Below, in pieces: positions 51,701-62,995 of a DNA stretch of 64,000 nucleotides (positions are counted from its first letter, which is position 1; each line of letters opens with the position of its first letter). Position numbers and translations under genes: made by a program. A model generated the notes under the pieces. It was not told the origin of the DNA. It did not search any database and saw nothing but the letters and a program-made list of their open reading frames with translations. The stretch is from an uncultured Rickettsiales bacterium (lineage in GTDB: Bacteria > Pseudomonadota > Alphaproteobacteria > Rickettsiales > UBA1997). The stretch lies in NCBI GenBank assembly GCA_944391075.1, contig CALXSG010000004.1:10445-74444 (forward strand), read 5' to 3'.

Positions 51701-54301
51701 TTAGATATCAAAGTCAGTCTCACCTTCGTATGCTTTCCAATATAATTCTTCAATTTCAGAAATTAAAGGATATCTAGGGTTACAACCTGTACTTTGATCA
51801 TCAAATGCTTCTTCTGCTAAACCATTCTTTAAAGCTTTTTCAAGATCTTCTTTCTTTACACCACCTTCTTTCATAGAAGTTTTGATACCAACAGAAGTTT
51901 TTAATTCTTGAAGAGCCTTAATTAAATTATTTACTTTTTCATCATCATTCTTTCCACCTAAACCTAAATAATCTGCAATATGTGCATATCTTTGTTTAGC
52001 AAATGGATATTTGTATTGTGGGAATGCTGCTTGTTTTGTAGGTTTTTCAGAACTATTATACTTAATTACCTGACAAATCAAGTAAGCATTAGCAATACCA
52101 TGTGGAATATGTAAATGTCCACCAATTTTATGTGCCATTGAGTGGCAAACACCTAAAAAGGCATTAGCAAAAGCCATACCAGCAAGTGTTGCTGCATAAT
52201 GAACTTGTTCTCTGTCATATTCAGTGCATTCATTTACAGATTTTGGTAAGTGTTTAAACAATAATTTTAAACCTTCCAATGCAACACTATCAGTAAATGG
52301 ACTGGCCATTGTTGAAACATATGCTTCAAGACAATGTGTAACAGCATCAATACCAGAAGCAGCAGCTAAACCCTTAGGCATTGTCATAACAAAATCAGGA
52401 TCAATAATAGCCATACTAGGTGTAAATGCATAATCAGCTAATGGGTATTTAATGCCTGTTGCATCATCAGTAATAACTGAGAATGAACTAATTTCTGAAC
52501 CTGTACCTGATGTTGTAGGAATACAAATTAATTTAGCTACTTGTCCTAAATCTTTTAGCATAAAGATTCTTTTTCTAATATCCATAAATCTCATGGCAAC
52601 ATCTTCAAAAGCAATTTCTGGTTGCTCGTACATTAACCATAAAATTTTTGCAGCATCCATAGGTGAACCTCCACCTAATGCAATAATTAAATCAGGTTTA
52701 AATGTTCTAACATCATGTATTGCTTTATTAATTGTTGATAAATCTGGATCTGGATGAACATCATAGAAAAGTGTATATTCTACACCTATTTCATCAAGAA
52801 CATTTGTAACTTTCTTTGTTGTTCCTAAATCAAATAAGATTTTATCAGTAATAATAAATGCTTTTTTATGGCCTTTTAATTCTTCTAATGCAAATTTAGT
52901 ACAACCTTTCTTAAAATAAATCTTTGGTGGTACTTTGAACCATAACATATTTTCTTCTCTCATAGCTACTGTTTTAATATTAATAAGTTGTTTAACACCT
53001 ACGTTCTCACTAACGGAATTTTTACCCCAACTTCCGCAACCTAACGTTAAAGAAGGCTCCAACCTAAAATTATAAACATCACCAATACCACCGAAAGAAG
53101 AAGGAGTATTTACTAAAATTCTTCCTGTATCCATTACATCAGCATATTTCTTAATTCTATCTGTATATTGTTGATTTGTATAGAGAATAGATGTATGGCC
53201 TGCACCACCTAAATTAACTAATGCATGAGCTTTTTTTACACCATCTTCAAAATCTTTTGCTTTATACATACCAAGTAATGGAGATAATTTTTCTCTACCC
53301 CATGGTTCATTCATACTAATTTCAGTAGCTTCACCAATTAATATTTTTGTTTTTTCTGGAACTTTAATACCTGCCATTTCAGCAATTTTTGTAGCAGGTT
53401 GACCAACTATTGCAGAATTCAATACACCATTAGGGAAAGCAAAATTAATCAATTTTGTTTTATCTTGGCCTTTTACGTAGTATGCACCCCTTTTTTCAAA
53501 TTCTTTTTTAATATCGTCATATATTGATTCAACTACAACAGCACTTTGTTCAGATGCACATATCATACCATTATCAAAAGTTTTACTCATAATAATAGAA
53601 GATACGGTTGTTTCAATATCAGCTGTTTCATCAATTAAAGCAGGAGCATTTCCCGCACCAACACCAACAGCTGGTTTACCACAGCTATAAGCAGCTTTAA
53701 CCATACCAGGACCACCTGTTGCTAAAATTAAATCAACATCAGGGTGGTTCATTAAGGCCGCTGACAATTCAACACTAGGTTCATCAATCCAACCTAATAA
53801 ATTATCAGGAGCACCTGCTTGTCTAGCAGCTTCAACCACAACCTTTAATGCTTCAATAGTACATTTTTTAGCTCTTGGATGCGGTGAAAATACCATAGCA
53901 TTTCTAGTTTTTAAAGCAATTAAACATTTAAAAATTGCAGTTGCAGTTGGGTTTGTTGTAGGAACAACACAAGCTATAATTCCAACAGGGTCAGCAATTT
54001 TCATCATACCATGTGTAATATCTTCTTCAATAATACCGCAAGTTTTTGTATTCTTATATTTATTATAAATATATTCTGCTGCAAAATGATTTTTAATAAC
54101 TTTATCTTCAACAACACCCATACCAGTCTCTTCAACAGCCATTTTTGCAAGTCTAATTCTTTCAGTATTAGCTAATAATGCTGTTCTTTTAAAAATTTCA
54201 TCTACTTGTTCTTGTGAATATGTAGCGTAGATTTTTTGCGCTTCTTTGACTTTTTTAAGTAGAGCATCGAGACTTTCAAGTGAATTAACCAACTCTGTCA
54301 T
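51701..54301 (-). CDS. adhE: Bifunctional acetaldehyde-CoA/alcohol dehydrogenase
   Basis: Aldehyde dehydrogenase domain (NGMICASEQSAVV) fused to iron-containing ADH domain (HGIANAYLICQV, GCNPRYPLISEIEELYWKAYEG). Confidence 0.97.
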   Translation of the reverse strand: MTELVNSLESLDALLKKVKEAQKIYATYSQEQVDEIFKRTALLANTERIRLAKMAVEETGMGVVEDKVIKNHFAAEYIYNKYKNTKTCGIIEEDITHGMMKIADPVGIIACVVPTTNPTATAIFKCLIALKTRNAMVFSPHPRAKKCTIEALKVVVEAARQAGAPDNLLGWIDEPSVELSAALMNHPDVDLILATGGPGMVKAAYSCGKPAVGVGAGNAPALIDETADIETTVSSIIMSKTFDNGMICASEQSAVVVESIYDDIKKEFEKRGAYYVKGQDKTKLINFAFPNGVLNSAIVGQPATKIAEMAGIKVPEKTKILIGEATEISMNEPWGREKLSPLLGMYKAKDFEDGVKKAHALVNLGGAGHTSILYTNQQYTDRIKKYADVMDTGRILVNTPSSFGGIGDVYNFRLEPSLTLGCGSWGKNSVSENVGVKQLINIKTVAMREENMLWFKVPPKIYFKKGCTKFALEELKGHKKAFIITDKILFDLGTTKKVTNVLDEIGVEYTLFYDVHPDPDLSTINKAIHDVRTFKPDLIIALGGGSPMDAAKILWLMYEQPEIAFEDVAMRFMDIRKRIFMLKDLGQVAKLICIPTTSGTGSEISSFSVITDDATGIKYPLADYAFTPSMAIIDPDFVMTMPKGLAAASGIDAVTHCLEAYVSTMASPFTDSVALEGLKLLFKHLPKSVNECTEYDREQVHYAATLAGMAFANAFLGVCHSMAHKIGGHLHIPHGIANAYLICQVIKYNSSEKPTKQAAFPQYKYPFAKQRYAHIADYLGLGGKNDDEKVNNLIKALQELKTSVGIKTSMKEGGVKKEDLEKALKNGLAEEAFDDQSTGCNPRYPLISEIEELYWKAYEGETDFDI

Positions 54302-54622
54302 ATTTCTACCCTTTTTTATTGTTAACATTTCTATTATTATAACAAAAATTTTAATATTAAAGATATTTTTTAAATAATCTTAAAATTGATATATTAAAGC
54401 ATAAATATTAAATATATTAACTAAATTAAATATAAAAATAATTACAAATAATATTAAAAATTATCATATATTAAACAAAATTGTATATTTTACCAAAAAG
54501 AATATATTTATAGTTGCAAAAAATAGGCCAATTTTTTATATAATTTAAAAACTTGAAAAATATATATTATGTATTAAATTTTTCTTATTATGTTTAATAA
54601 TTGGAGTTATTACATTTTCTTT

Positions 54623-55411
54623 ATGAAAAAATTAATATTGTTGTTTGTTATATTATCTATTACTTTTCAAGCTAATGCTAATAATGTTGTTGAGAGTCAA
54701 GTTCAATTATCATATAAAACAGATTTTACAGCTGATCATATCATTGAAAGTGTTTACACAAGACCATACAATGCTTTTGATAATAATATAGAATATAGTT
54801 ATATTAAAACAAGTATGTTAGTTATGGCTGGTGCTAGTGTTCTTGGTGCTGGAATTTTATATTTATTACCAGAAAGCTTTACAAATTGGGACAAAGATGA
54901 TGCTTCTGATATATTTACTAAATGGAAAGACAATGTAACAGAAGGACCCGTTATGGACGAAGATGATTTCTTCTTAAATTATGTTACACATCCATATTGG
55001 GGTGCTGTTTATTATATGTCCGCTAGATCAGCTGGTGCAAATGTTTTTTATTCATTTTTATATTCTGCAATTTTATCTACATTCTTTTGGGAATATGGTG
55101 TAGAAGCTTTTGCCGAAGTGCCATCTAAACAAGATTTAATTATTACACCAGTTGTTGGTTCTATGTTTGGCGAATTATTTTATTTAAGTAAAAGACATAT
55201 AATTAATAATGACTACCAATTATTAGGTTCAAGAACATTAGGAAAAATTACAATATTTATAATGGATCCAATTACAGAAGTTACAAAATTCTTTTTAAGA
55301 GAAGATAAAGAAGATTTAACAGAAAATAAAGATATAGCCTTATATTCTTTCCCAACAATTGATAGTCATGGTGCTTTTGGCTATAATATTAATTTTAGTT
55401 ATAAATTTTAA
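54623..55411 (+). CDS. DUF3943-like protein with signal peptide
   Basis: NYVTHPYWGAVYYMSARSAGANVFYSFLYSAILSTFFWEYGVEAF. Confidence 0.75.
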   Translation: MKKLILLFVILSITFQANANNVVESQVQLSYKTDFTADHIIESVYTRPYNAFDNNIEYSYIKTSMLVMAGASVLGAGILYLLPESFTNWDKDDASDIFTKWKDNVTEGPVMDEDDFFLNYVTHPYWGAVYYMSARSAGANVFYSFLYSAILSTFFWEYGVEAFAEVPSKQDLIITPVVGSMFGELFYLSKRHIINNDYQLLGSRTLGKITIFIMDPITEVTKFFLREDKEDLTENKDIALYSFPTIDSHGAFGYNINFSYKF

Positions 55412-55414
55412 AAT

Positions 55415-56347
55415 ATGAAAAATTTAAAAATTGGTTTAATTATATTTCTTTTGAATACAAGTTTTGTATTGGCAGAAGAAAATAGCTTTATAAAAATGGC
55501 ATCATTTACATACGAAAATGATTCTGTATATGGAAAAGATAGTTATTATTCTAATGGTTTACAATTTTATTTTTCTACTAATAATAAAGAAAAAAATAAT
55601 AAATTACACTCTTATTCTTTTGGTATAGGACAAAAAATGTTTACTCCATATAGCATTGAAGAAAAAGGTTTCAACCCTAATGATAGGCCTTATGCTGGTT
55701 ATTTATATGGTTTTTTAAACAAAAATATTTTTCATGATAATACAATGGATACAATAGGTTTGTCTTTGGGAACAACTGGTCCTAATTCATTAGCAGAAGA
55801 AGTACAAAAAGATATACACTCAATAATTAAAAGTCCAGAACCACAGGGGTGGGATTATCAAATAGACAATCAAATATTGTTTTCTTTACATTTAAAAAGA
55901 AATATGGAAATTTTTTCTACTAATACACATCAGTATGATTGGAAAATATTTACAAAACTTGAATTAAATTTAGGAACTCCTACTACAAGTATTGTTCCAT
56001 CAATAGAATTTAGATATGGTTGGAATTTAGGAAATGATTTTTTAACCAATAAAATTACAGAAACTCCACAAGATTTAATACTAAATGAAGGTACTTCATA
56101 TTATGCGTTTTTAGAATTAATGCCTATGGCTGTATTGTATGATACATTTTTAGATGAAGATGAAGTAAAAGGTGGTTATAAAACAAATATTGAACGAGAA
56201 TGGTTCCAATATCAAATAATGCTTGGTTTTACAGCAAAATATAAAGATTTTTATGTAAAAAATTCTAATATGTTCTTTTCAAAAGAATTTGATAAGCAAG
56301 ATAAGACACAAATTATATTTTCGTTAAATGTTGGTTATTTATTTTAA
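55415..56347 (+). CDS. LpxR/DUF2219-family lipid A deacylase-like outer membrane protein
   Basis: ENDSVYGKDSYYSNGLQFYFS, RPYAGYLYGFL, GWDYQIDNQ. Confidence 0.8.
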   Translation: MKNLKIGLIIFLLNTSFVLAEENSFIKMASFTYENDSVYGKDSYYSNGLQFYFSTNNKEKNNKLHSYSFGIGQKMFTPYSIEEKGFNPNDRPYAGYLYGFLNKNIFHDNTMDTIGLSLGTTGPNSLAEEVQKDIHSIIKSPEPQGWDYQIDNQILFSLHLKRNMEIFSTNTHQYDWKIFTKLELNLGTPTTSIVPSIEFRYGWNLGNDFLTNKITETPQDLILNEGTSYYAFLELMPMAVLYDTFLDEDEVKGGYKTNIEREWFQYQIMLGFTAKYKDFYVKNSNMFFSKEFDKQDKTQIIFSLNVGYLF

Positions 56348-58135
56348 TTAGTCATTAATCAAAACATCTTCAATGATAAATTGGATATTTTCTTGACCTT
56401 GCCATCTATTTATGTTTAATTCACCTAAAAGATTTATTTTTTTTCCTTTTTGTGATAAAATAGAAAATATTTTATCATCTTTTGTAGTTCTAAAACACAT
56501 AGCTATAAGCCCATGAGATAAATTTACTGCATCATTATCACACACTATTAATCTTAAATTATTTTGATTTTTACCAACTATATCAGCCTTCACTACAACC
56601 ACATCTTTTAATATGATTTTAGGTTTATGATTTCCTGTGCCAAATGGCCCTAATTTATCTATTTCATTAGCTAAATCAATGGACAAACTCTTACATTCTA
56701 AAACTAAATCAGCATTTCTTTCTTTGTTATTTAAGTAATAATCGACATCATTACTTAACTCTTCAAGAAAAAATTGTTTTAATTCTTCTACTTTATTCTC
56801 TTCGACGCTAAAACCACCAGCCATAGCGTGTCCACCACCATCTTTAATTAGGCCTTTTAATTTTGCTTTTAATATTACACTACCAATATCAACACCATGC
56901 ACGGATCTACAAGAAGCTCTATAATAATCTTTTATTTTTGAAATAACCACGGTTGGCTTTTCAAACTTATCTTTAATTCTGGATGCAATAATACCAATTA
57001 CACCTTCGTGCCATGATTCACCTTCGACAAATATAATACTATCATTATATAATTCTTTCTTTTCTATCTCTATAATAGCTTCTTGCAATACAACCTTTTC
57101 TATTGCTTGTCTTTCTTGATTATAAATATTTAAATGTTTTGCTATTTGTAATGTTTCAAAGTCATCTTTTAAACAAAGCAATTTACTAGATAAGTCTGAT
57201 TCTCCTACTCTACCTGTTGCATTAATTCTAGGGCCTAAAATAAAACCAACATGATAAGTACCAATTTCTTCATCTATTTCAGAAACATTGATAAGTGATT
57301 TAATACCTGAATTTGTCCTATTATGAATTACTTTTAAACCTTGTCTTACAAATGCTCTATTAAGTCCTGTTAAAGGAACAACATCACATATTGTTCCTAA
57401 TGCAACTAAGTCAAGAAATTGCAATAAATCTGGTTCTTTTATATTTTTTTCTTTAAAATAACCCTCTTCTCTTAATTTTCTATTAAGAGAAATTAAAAAT
57501 AAAAAACCTACACCAACACCTGCTAAATTTTTATACTCTGTAATTTCATCTAATCTATTAGGGTTTATGACAGCATCAGCTTCTGGAAGTTCACTATCAC
57601 CAAGATGATGATCTGTCACAACAATCTTTAAACCTAATTCTTTACCAATTTTGCAAGGTTCAAAAGCTGAAACGCCACAATCAACAGTTAATATTAAATT
57701 TACTTTGTCATCATATTTTAACTTTTTAAAGGCTTCGACATTAGGTCCATAACCTTCATTAACCCTATCAGGAATATAAATAAGAGAATCAACATTAATT
57801 AAGTCAAAATAATTCTTCATTAAAGCAGAAGACGATACACCATCGACATCATAATCACCAAAAATACAGATTTTTTCATTATTAATTATTGAATTATACA
57901 CAATATCCACACCCTTCTTCATATCTAATAATTTATTAGGATCAGTTAAATATCTTCTAAGAGTTGGATTTATAAAATCGTTTATTTCATCCAGTTCAAC
58001 ACCTCTAATATTTAGCAATCTAGATAATATTTCCGAAAAACCAAATTTTTGATATATAGCTAAAACTTTTCTATCATCATATTGATTTATTTTCCATAAA
58101 CAGTTTTTAAATGATTTTTTGTTTGAGAAGTACAT
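56348..58135 (-). CDS. recJ: Single-stranded-DNA-specific exonuclease RecJ
   Basis: ICIFGDYDVDGVSSSALM, VTDHHLGDSELP, GGHAMAGGFSV. Confidence 0.97.
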   Translation of the reverse strand: MYFSNKKSFKNCLWKINQYDDRKVLAIYQKFGFSEILSRLLNIRGVELDEINDFINPTLRRYLTDPNKLLDMKKGVDIVYNSIINNEKICIFGDYDVDGVSSSALMKNYFDLINVDSLIYIPDRVNEGYGPNVEAFKKLKYDDKVNLILTVDCGVSAFEPCKIGKELGLKIVVTDHHLGDSELPEADAVINPNRLDEITEYKNLAGVGVGFLFLISLNRKLREEGYFKEKNIKEPDLLQFLDLVALGTICDVVPLTGLNRAFVRQGLKVIHNRTNSGIKSLINVSEIDEEIGTYHVGFILGPRINATGRVGESDLSSKLLCLKDDFETLQIAKHLNIYNQERQAIEKVVLQEAIIEIEKKELYNDSIIFVEGESWHEGVIGIIASRIKDKFEKPTVVISKIKDYYRASCRSVHGVDIGSVILKAKLKGLIKDGGGHAMAGGFSVEENKVEELKQFFLEELSNDVDYYLNNKERNADLVLECKSLSIDLANEIDKLGPFGTGNHKPKIILKDVVVVKADIVGKNQNNLRLIVCDNDAVNLSHGLIAMCFRTTKDDKIFSILSQKGKKINLLGELNINRWQGQENIQFIIEDVLIND

Positions 58136-58136
58136 A

Positions 58137-58559
58137 TTATCTACCTCCCACTATGTCCAAAGTATATGCATTTTTTGTATCTAATGCCTTAGGAATATTA
58201 TTACCGAATCTCTTTGCTGGCCCAAAACCTACAACTTTATTATTATCTAAAATAACCCAATATTCTGTACCAGTTCTTAATAATGGATAAAAACCAATAA
58301 ATGGAAATTGATCAAGATTAAAAAATAAGCTAAAAACACTATCGTGTACATAGTATACCATGTATTTTTTGCTATAAAATTCATTTTGTGTTGCTGGTTC
58401 ACCTAAAACATCTATAACTTGTTCGGCAGAATAATTTACATGAATATTCTTAAAACCATTGCTTGTCAAAGGAAGACAACTCGTACACAAAACACAAAAT
58501 AAAACAAAAAATAATTCTCTACTACTCTTAACTATCTTGTTAAAATACTTTTTCTTCAC
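58137..58559 (-). CDS. SmpA/OmlA (BamE)-like outer membrane protein assembly lipoprotein
   Basis: Lipoprotein-like N-terminus (CVLCTSCLP), VIDVLGEPATQNEFYSKKYMVYYV. Confidence 0.7.
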   Translation of the reverse strand: MKKKYFNKIVKSSRELFFVLFCVLCTSCLPLTSNGFKNIHVNYSAEQVIDVLGEPATQNEFYSKKYMVYYVHDSVFSLFFNLDQFPFIGFYPLLRTGTEYWVILDNNKVVGFGPAKRFGNNIPKALDTKNAYTLDIVGGR

Positions 58560-58670
58560 TACTAAACTTCTAAAAATTATACTACCAGTATATATTTTAA
58601 AAAAAGTATAAAAAAAATCAACAATTTTATAATAAAATTGTTGATTAATATTATTGAAAAATTTATATTA

Positions 58671-58868
58671 TTATTTACCGCCACCTAATTTTTCTTCTTT
58701 GAAAAGAACATGTTTTCTAACAACAGGGTCAAATTTATTAAATTCCATCTTGTTAGGTCTTTTCTTAGGATTTCTTCTTGCTAAGTAAAAATAACCTGTA
58801 CCAGCAGTACTAACCAATTTAAACAATATTGCCGGTCTCTTTCTTTTTGCTGTTTTACTATTTGCCAT
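58671..58868 (-). CDS. rpmG: 50S ribosomal protein L33
   Basis: [47 protein letters not shown]. Confidence 0.95.
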   Translation of the reverse strand: MANSKTAKRKRPAILFKLVSTAGTGYFYLARRNPKKRPNKMEFNKFDPVVRKHVLFKEEKLGGGK

Positions 58869-59014
58869 TTTTAGCCTTTATTTTTAATCAAAATTTTTTC
58901 TAATAGTAAATTATGATTTTTATTTGTCAAGAAATAAGTATTATTTATCTACTTATTTTACTTGACTTTTTCTTACTTAATTATATCATATAGCAAATTT
59001 ATAAATATTAAAAT

Positions 59015-60667
59015 ATGAATAAAATTTTATTTAAGTACATTAAAAATATAAAAAATACAATGATAAATTTGACATTCGTTAAGTTTATATTCTTATTTAG
59101 TTTGTTTAATATAGTAGTTTATGGTTATCCAATTATTACAAAAGCTAACACTTTTTATCATAATTTCTTTATAACCATAATATTATATTCAATTTCTTAT
59201 GCTTTGTTAATTTCAGCTTTTGCTATACTTATATTTAAAAAATCATATAAAATCATATTATCTTTCATTATAATAGCTAATTCTGTAATCTTTCATTTCA
59301 TGATAACATATGGAATAGCTTTTGATGCTAATATGCTTATTAATACCACAGAAACAAATTATAATGAAGCTATTGAATTTATTAATTTAAAGTTTATTTT
59401 ATTTATTATTTTTTTAGGTATACTACCAGCTATATTTGTTTACAAAAGAATTAATATTGAATTTCCACACTATTGGAAAAATAAGATAATATTATCAATT
59501 GCCCCATTATTATTAATATTTTTGATGACTTTACCATGTCATTTATCAGAAAGAACACTAAACTTTGTTAGGGACAATCAAAGAATAACAAGCTATATAA
59601 TGCCAATAAATTATATTGAAGCAAGTATAGAATTTTGCTTTTTAAAAATTAAAAGTTATATAAATTCTTTAAACTTAATATCTATTAGTGATGATGCCAC
59701 AATAGAAGAAAAAAATTATAATAAAAATGACAAGAAAAATCTAATTGTTTTTGTTATGGGAGAATCTGCAAGAGCTAAAAATTTTTCATTAAATGGTTAT
59801 GAAAGAAATACAAATAAATTTTTAGATGATTATAAAGAAGATATAATTAGTTTCAAAAATTTTGAATCTTGCGGAACTTTCACAGCTTTAAGTCTTACTT
59901 GTACTTTTTCACATTTACCAAGAAAAGAATTTGATTATGCAAAAAGTTTTAAATATGAAAGTCTAATAGATATTTTTGATAAAGTAGGTTTTGATGTTGC
60001 ATGGAGAAGTAATAATGGTAAATGCAAAGGAGTTTGTGATAGAGTTAAAAATTCATTAGTAAAAAGTTTTGGCAATAATATTTATGATGATTTATTATTA
60101 AAAGCTTTTGATATGGACTTAAATAGATTAACAGAAAAAAATAATTTAATAGTTTTACATGGAAGAGGAAGCCACGGACCATTGTATTATAAAAGATATC
60201 CAAAAGAGTTTGAAGTATATAAACCAGCTTGCAACAATGAACTTGATAAATGTTCAGTTGAAGAAATCATTAACGCTTATGATAATAGCATATACTATAC
60301 TAGTTATATATTAAAAGAAATTATCAATAGATTAACAAAATTGGATGATAAATATAATACAATGCTAATTTTTATGTCAGATCACGGACAATCATTAGGA
60401 GAAAATGGTGTTTTTATGCATAGTGCTCCTTTTGATACAGCACCAATAGATCAAAAAAATCCTGCATTCTTTATATGGCTAAATGATGATTTTGCTAATA
60501 CATTTAATATTGACAAACAATGTTTAATATCTAAAATAAATAGTAATTTATCGCAAGACAATATTTTTCATTCAATGTTAGGAATTTTCAAGATTCATTC
60601 AAAGTATTATAATAAAAATTTAGATATTTTTAGTGATTGTATGAACATTAATAATATTACAAAATAA
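59015..60667 (+). CDS. Phosphoethanolamine transferase (EptA-like, sulfatase fold)
   Basis: VMGESARAKNFSLNGYERNTN, CGTFTALSLTCTFSH, LHGRGSHGPLYYKRYP, FMSDHGQSLGENG. Confidence 0.92.
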   Translation: MNKILFKYIKNIKNTMINLTFVKFIFLFSLFNIVVYGYPIITKANTFYHNFFITIILYSISYALLISAFAILIFKKSYKIILSFIIIANSVIFHFMITYGIAFDANMLINTTETNYNEAIEFINLKFILFIIFLGILPAIFVYKRINIEFPHYWKNKIILSIAPLLLIFLMTLPCHLSERTLNFVRDNQRITSYIMPINYIEASIEFCFLKIKSYINSLNLISISDDATIEEKNYNKNDKKNLIVFVMGESARAKNFSLNGYERNTNKFLDDYKEDIISFKNFESCGTFTALSLTCTFSHLPRKEFDYAKSFKYESLIDIFDKVGFDVAWRSNNGKCKGVCDRVKNSLVKSFGNNIYDDLLLKAFDMDLNRLTEKNNLIVLHGRGSHGPLYYKRYPKEFEVYKPACNNELDKCSVEEIINAYDNSIYYTSYILKEIINRLTKLDDKYNTMLIFMSDHGQSLGENGVFMHSAPFDTAPIDQKNPAFFIWLNDDFANTFNIDKQCLISKINSNLSQDNIFHSMLGIFKIHSKYYNKNLDIFSDCMNINNITK

Positions 60668-60729
60668 AATAGCTCCATATTGATTAACACAGAGCTATAA
60701 GTTCTTAATAAATAGATTATAAATCTATA

Positions 60730-61002
60730 TTATTTAACTGAATCTTTTAAAACTTTACCAACTGTAAATTTAACTTTTTTACCAGCAGGAATTTTAATTT
60801 CTTTTCCTGTTTTAGGATTTCTACCCATTTTAGCTTTTGTATCAACAACTTTAAAGCTTCCAAAACCAATTAAGGAAACATCATCACCTTTTTTAAGTGA
60901 TTCTTCAATTGTTTCCATAAAAGCATTTAATAACATTTCACATGCTACTTTTGTAGTACCTGTTTTAGTAGCTACTGCATTAATTAAATCTTGCTTATAC
61001 AT
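60730..61002 (-). CDS. HU/IHF-family DNA-binding protein
   Basis: GFGSFKVVDTKAKMGRNPKTGKEIKIPA. Confidence 0.96.
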   Translation of the reverse strand: MYKQDLINAVATKTGTTKVACEMLLNAFMETIEESLKKGDDVSLIGFGSFKVVDTKAKMGRNPKTGKEIKIPAGKKVKFTVGKVLKDSVK

Positions 61003-61133
61003 AATTTACCTCTTTATTTTTATTTAATATAATATCAAAAATATTATACTGCTTACTATTTTATATTAATTGATATAATTTTAATATCAAGACTTTTTAA
61101 TTATTAGTATTGTTTGTATAAATAGCATTTTTT

Positions 61134-61505
61134 CTATATATGTTCAGTTTGATTTTTTAAACACTTTTCAATATCTTTCGCTATCGATTCAACAGACATA
61201 TTCATAATAGAATGTCTAGCTATGATTTGATAATCATATTGATTTTTTAATAGCATTTTATCAACTTTTTTAAAAGCTTCTTTAATCTTCCTTCTAATGT
61301 GGTTTCTAACCACAGCTTTTTTGCTAATTTTTTTACTTACAACAGCTAATAATCTAACAAAATCAGTCACTCTACTATTATAATCAATATTTCTTTGTGG
61401 CGTTGGTATATATAATAATATCATGGAACCTGTTTTAATAAAAAATTCAGGGGATTCTCTCTCTTGCAATATTTGTATTCTAGATTTAATTGGTAAAATA
61501 AACAT
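61134..61505 (-). CDS. rnpA: Ribonuclease P protein component
   Basis: VVSKKISKKAVVRNHIRRKIKEAF. Confidence 0.85.
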   Translation of the reverse strand: MFILPIKSRIQILQERESPEFFIKTGSMILLYIPTPQRNIDYNSRVTDFVRLLAVVSKKISKKAVVRNHIRRKIKEAFKKVDKMLLKNQYDYQIIARHSIMNMSVESIAKDIEKCLKNQTEHI

Positions 61506-62995
61506 TAGTTATAGACAATATTTGATGATTGTTTTTCACCTATTGGTAAAAATATTAAACTATTTTTAGTAGGACTTTTTACAATAATAAATACATACTT
61601 ACTATTATCCAACTCAGCTTTATGAATATTTTGCAAAATAACATCGCCACTAGTAGCTTGATCTTGATTAATTGATAATATAACATCACCAGATCTAATA
61701 CCTTTTTTATCAGCCAAACCACCTTTTTGTGTTTTTAAAACATACATACCATCATTAGCTTTAATATCAAATTTTTTCTTAGATTCTCTATTTACAGGAA
61801 TTAGCACAGCATCAAAAGCTTCAACAGCTTTAGATAGTAAAGCTTCATACTCTTGATCATATTTATAATTATCTTTATTTTCCTCTGTTTTAACTGTTAT
61901 GCTTATAACCTTATTATTTCTTAAAATATCAAGTTTTACTCTTGAACCTATCTCAGTAGACGTAATTAATAATGATAATTCACGAACATTTCTAACTCTT
62001 TTACCATTATACTTTAATATAATATCAGAAACTAACAAGCCTGCTCTATCTGCGGGACTATCATTTTTTATATCCGTAATAATAACACCATATCTTCTTG
62101 TTGCAGTATCTAATATTTGAAAAATTTCCTTTTGTATATTTTCTACAACAATACCAATTGTACCTCTTTTAACATAGCCATATCTTTTTAATTCTTCAAT
62201 AAGTGGTAATAAATCGGTAGCTGGCATTGCAAAACCTATACCAACATTACTTCCATCAGGAGAGTAAATAGCACTTGTTAAGCCAATAACTTTACCTCTT
62301 AAATTGAACATAGGACCACCAGAATTGCCTTTATTTATAGATGCATCTGTTTGAATGAAATTATCAAAAGAATTCATTTTTAGATTTCGATTTAAAGCTG
62401 AAATAATACCAGTAGACACAGACACACCTAAATTATAAGGATTACCAGCAACAACTACAATATCACCAACCTTATAATTTTTAGTTTGATCAAATTCAAC
62501 ATACGGAAGTTTATTTTTAATTGATATTTTTAATAAAGCTATATCCATAATTTCATCTACACCTACAATTTCAGCTGGAAAATTTGTTTCTGAACCTTTT
62601 AATTTAATATTAACTTTTTCTCCATCTTTTATAACATGATAATTTGTTACAATATAACCATCTTCACTAATTAAAAAACCAGAACCAAGAGAAACAGTTT
62701 CAGGTGTTTCTTCTATATTATATTCTGTATTATATGTATTATTTTTTATAGTATTAATTGTAACAACTGTTGGCAATATATTATCAATAATCGAAGATAA
62801 ATCATATAAATATATACCATTTACACTAATATCTTCATTATTACTATCTTTTGTTTCAGTTGTATTATTTGTATTATCTGCTTGTGAAGATAAAGAACTA
62901 GCATTTACTAACTGAATATTAGTTATATACACTATAATTATTATTAGTAAAATGCTAGCTCTTCTCATAATTCTATTAATTTTTATTATTACCAA
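61505..62995 (-). CDS. HtrA/DegP-family serine protease (S1C) with PDZ domains
   Basis: YIVTNYHVI, DIALLKI, GNSGGPMFNLRGKVIG; PDZ segments. Confidence 0.93.
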   Translation of the reverse strand: MVIIKINRIMRRASILLIIIIVYITNIQLVNASSLSSQADNTNNTTETKDSNNEDISVNGIYLYDLSSIIDNILPTVVTINTIKNNTYNTEYNIEETPETVSLGSGFLISEDGYIVTNYHVIKDGEKVNIKLKGSETNFPAEIVGVDEIMDIALLKISIKNKLPYVEFDQTKNYKVGDIVVVAGNPYNLGVSVSTGIISALNRNLKMNSFDNFIQTDASINKGNSGGPMFNLRGKVIGLTSAIYSPDGSNVGIGFAMPATDLLPLIEELKRYGYVKRGTIGIVVENIQKEIFQILDTATRRYGVIITDIKNDSPADRAGLLVSDIILKYNGKRVRNVRELSLLITSTEIGSRVKLDILRNNKVISITVKTEENKDNYKYDQEYEALLSKAVEAFDAVLIPVNRESKKKFDIKANDGMYVLKTQKGGLADKKGIRSGDVILSINQDQATSGDVILQNIHKAELDNSKYVFIIVKSPTKNSLIFLPIGEKQSSNIVYN

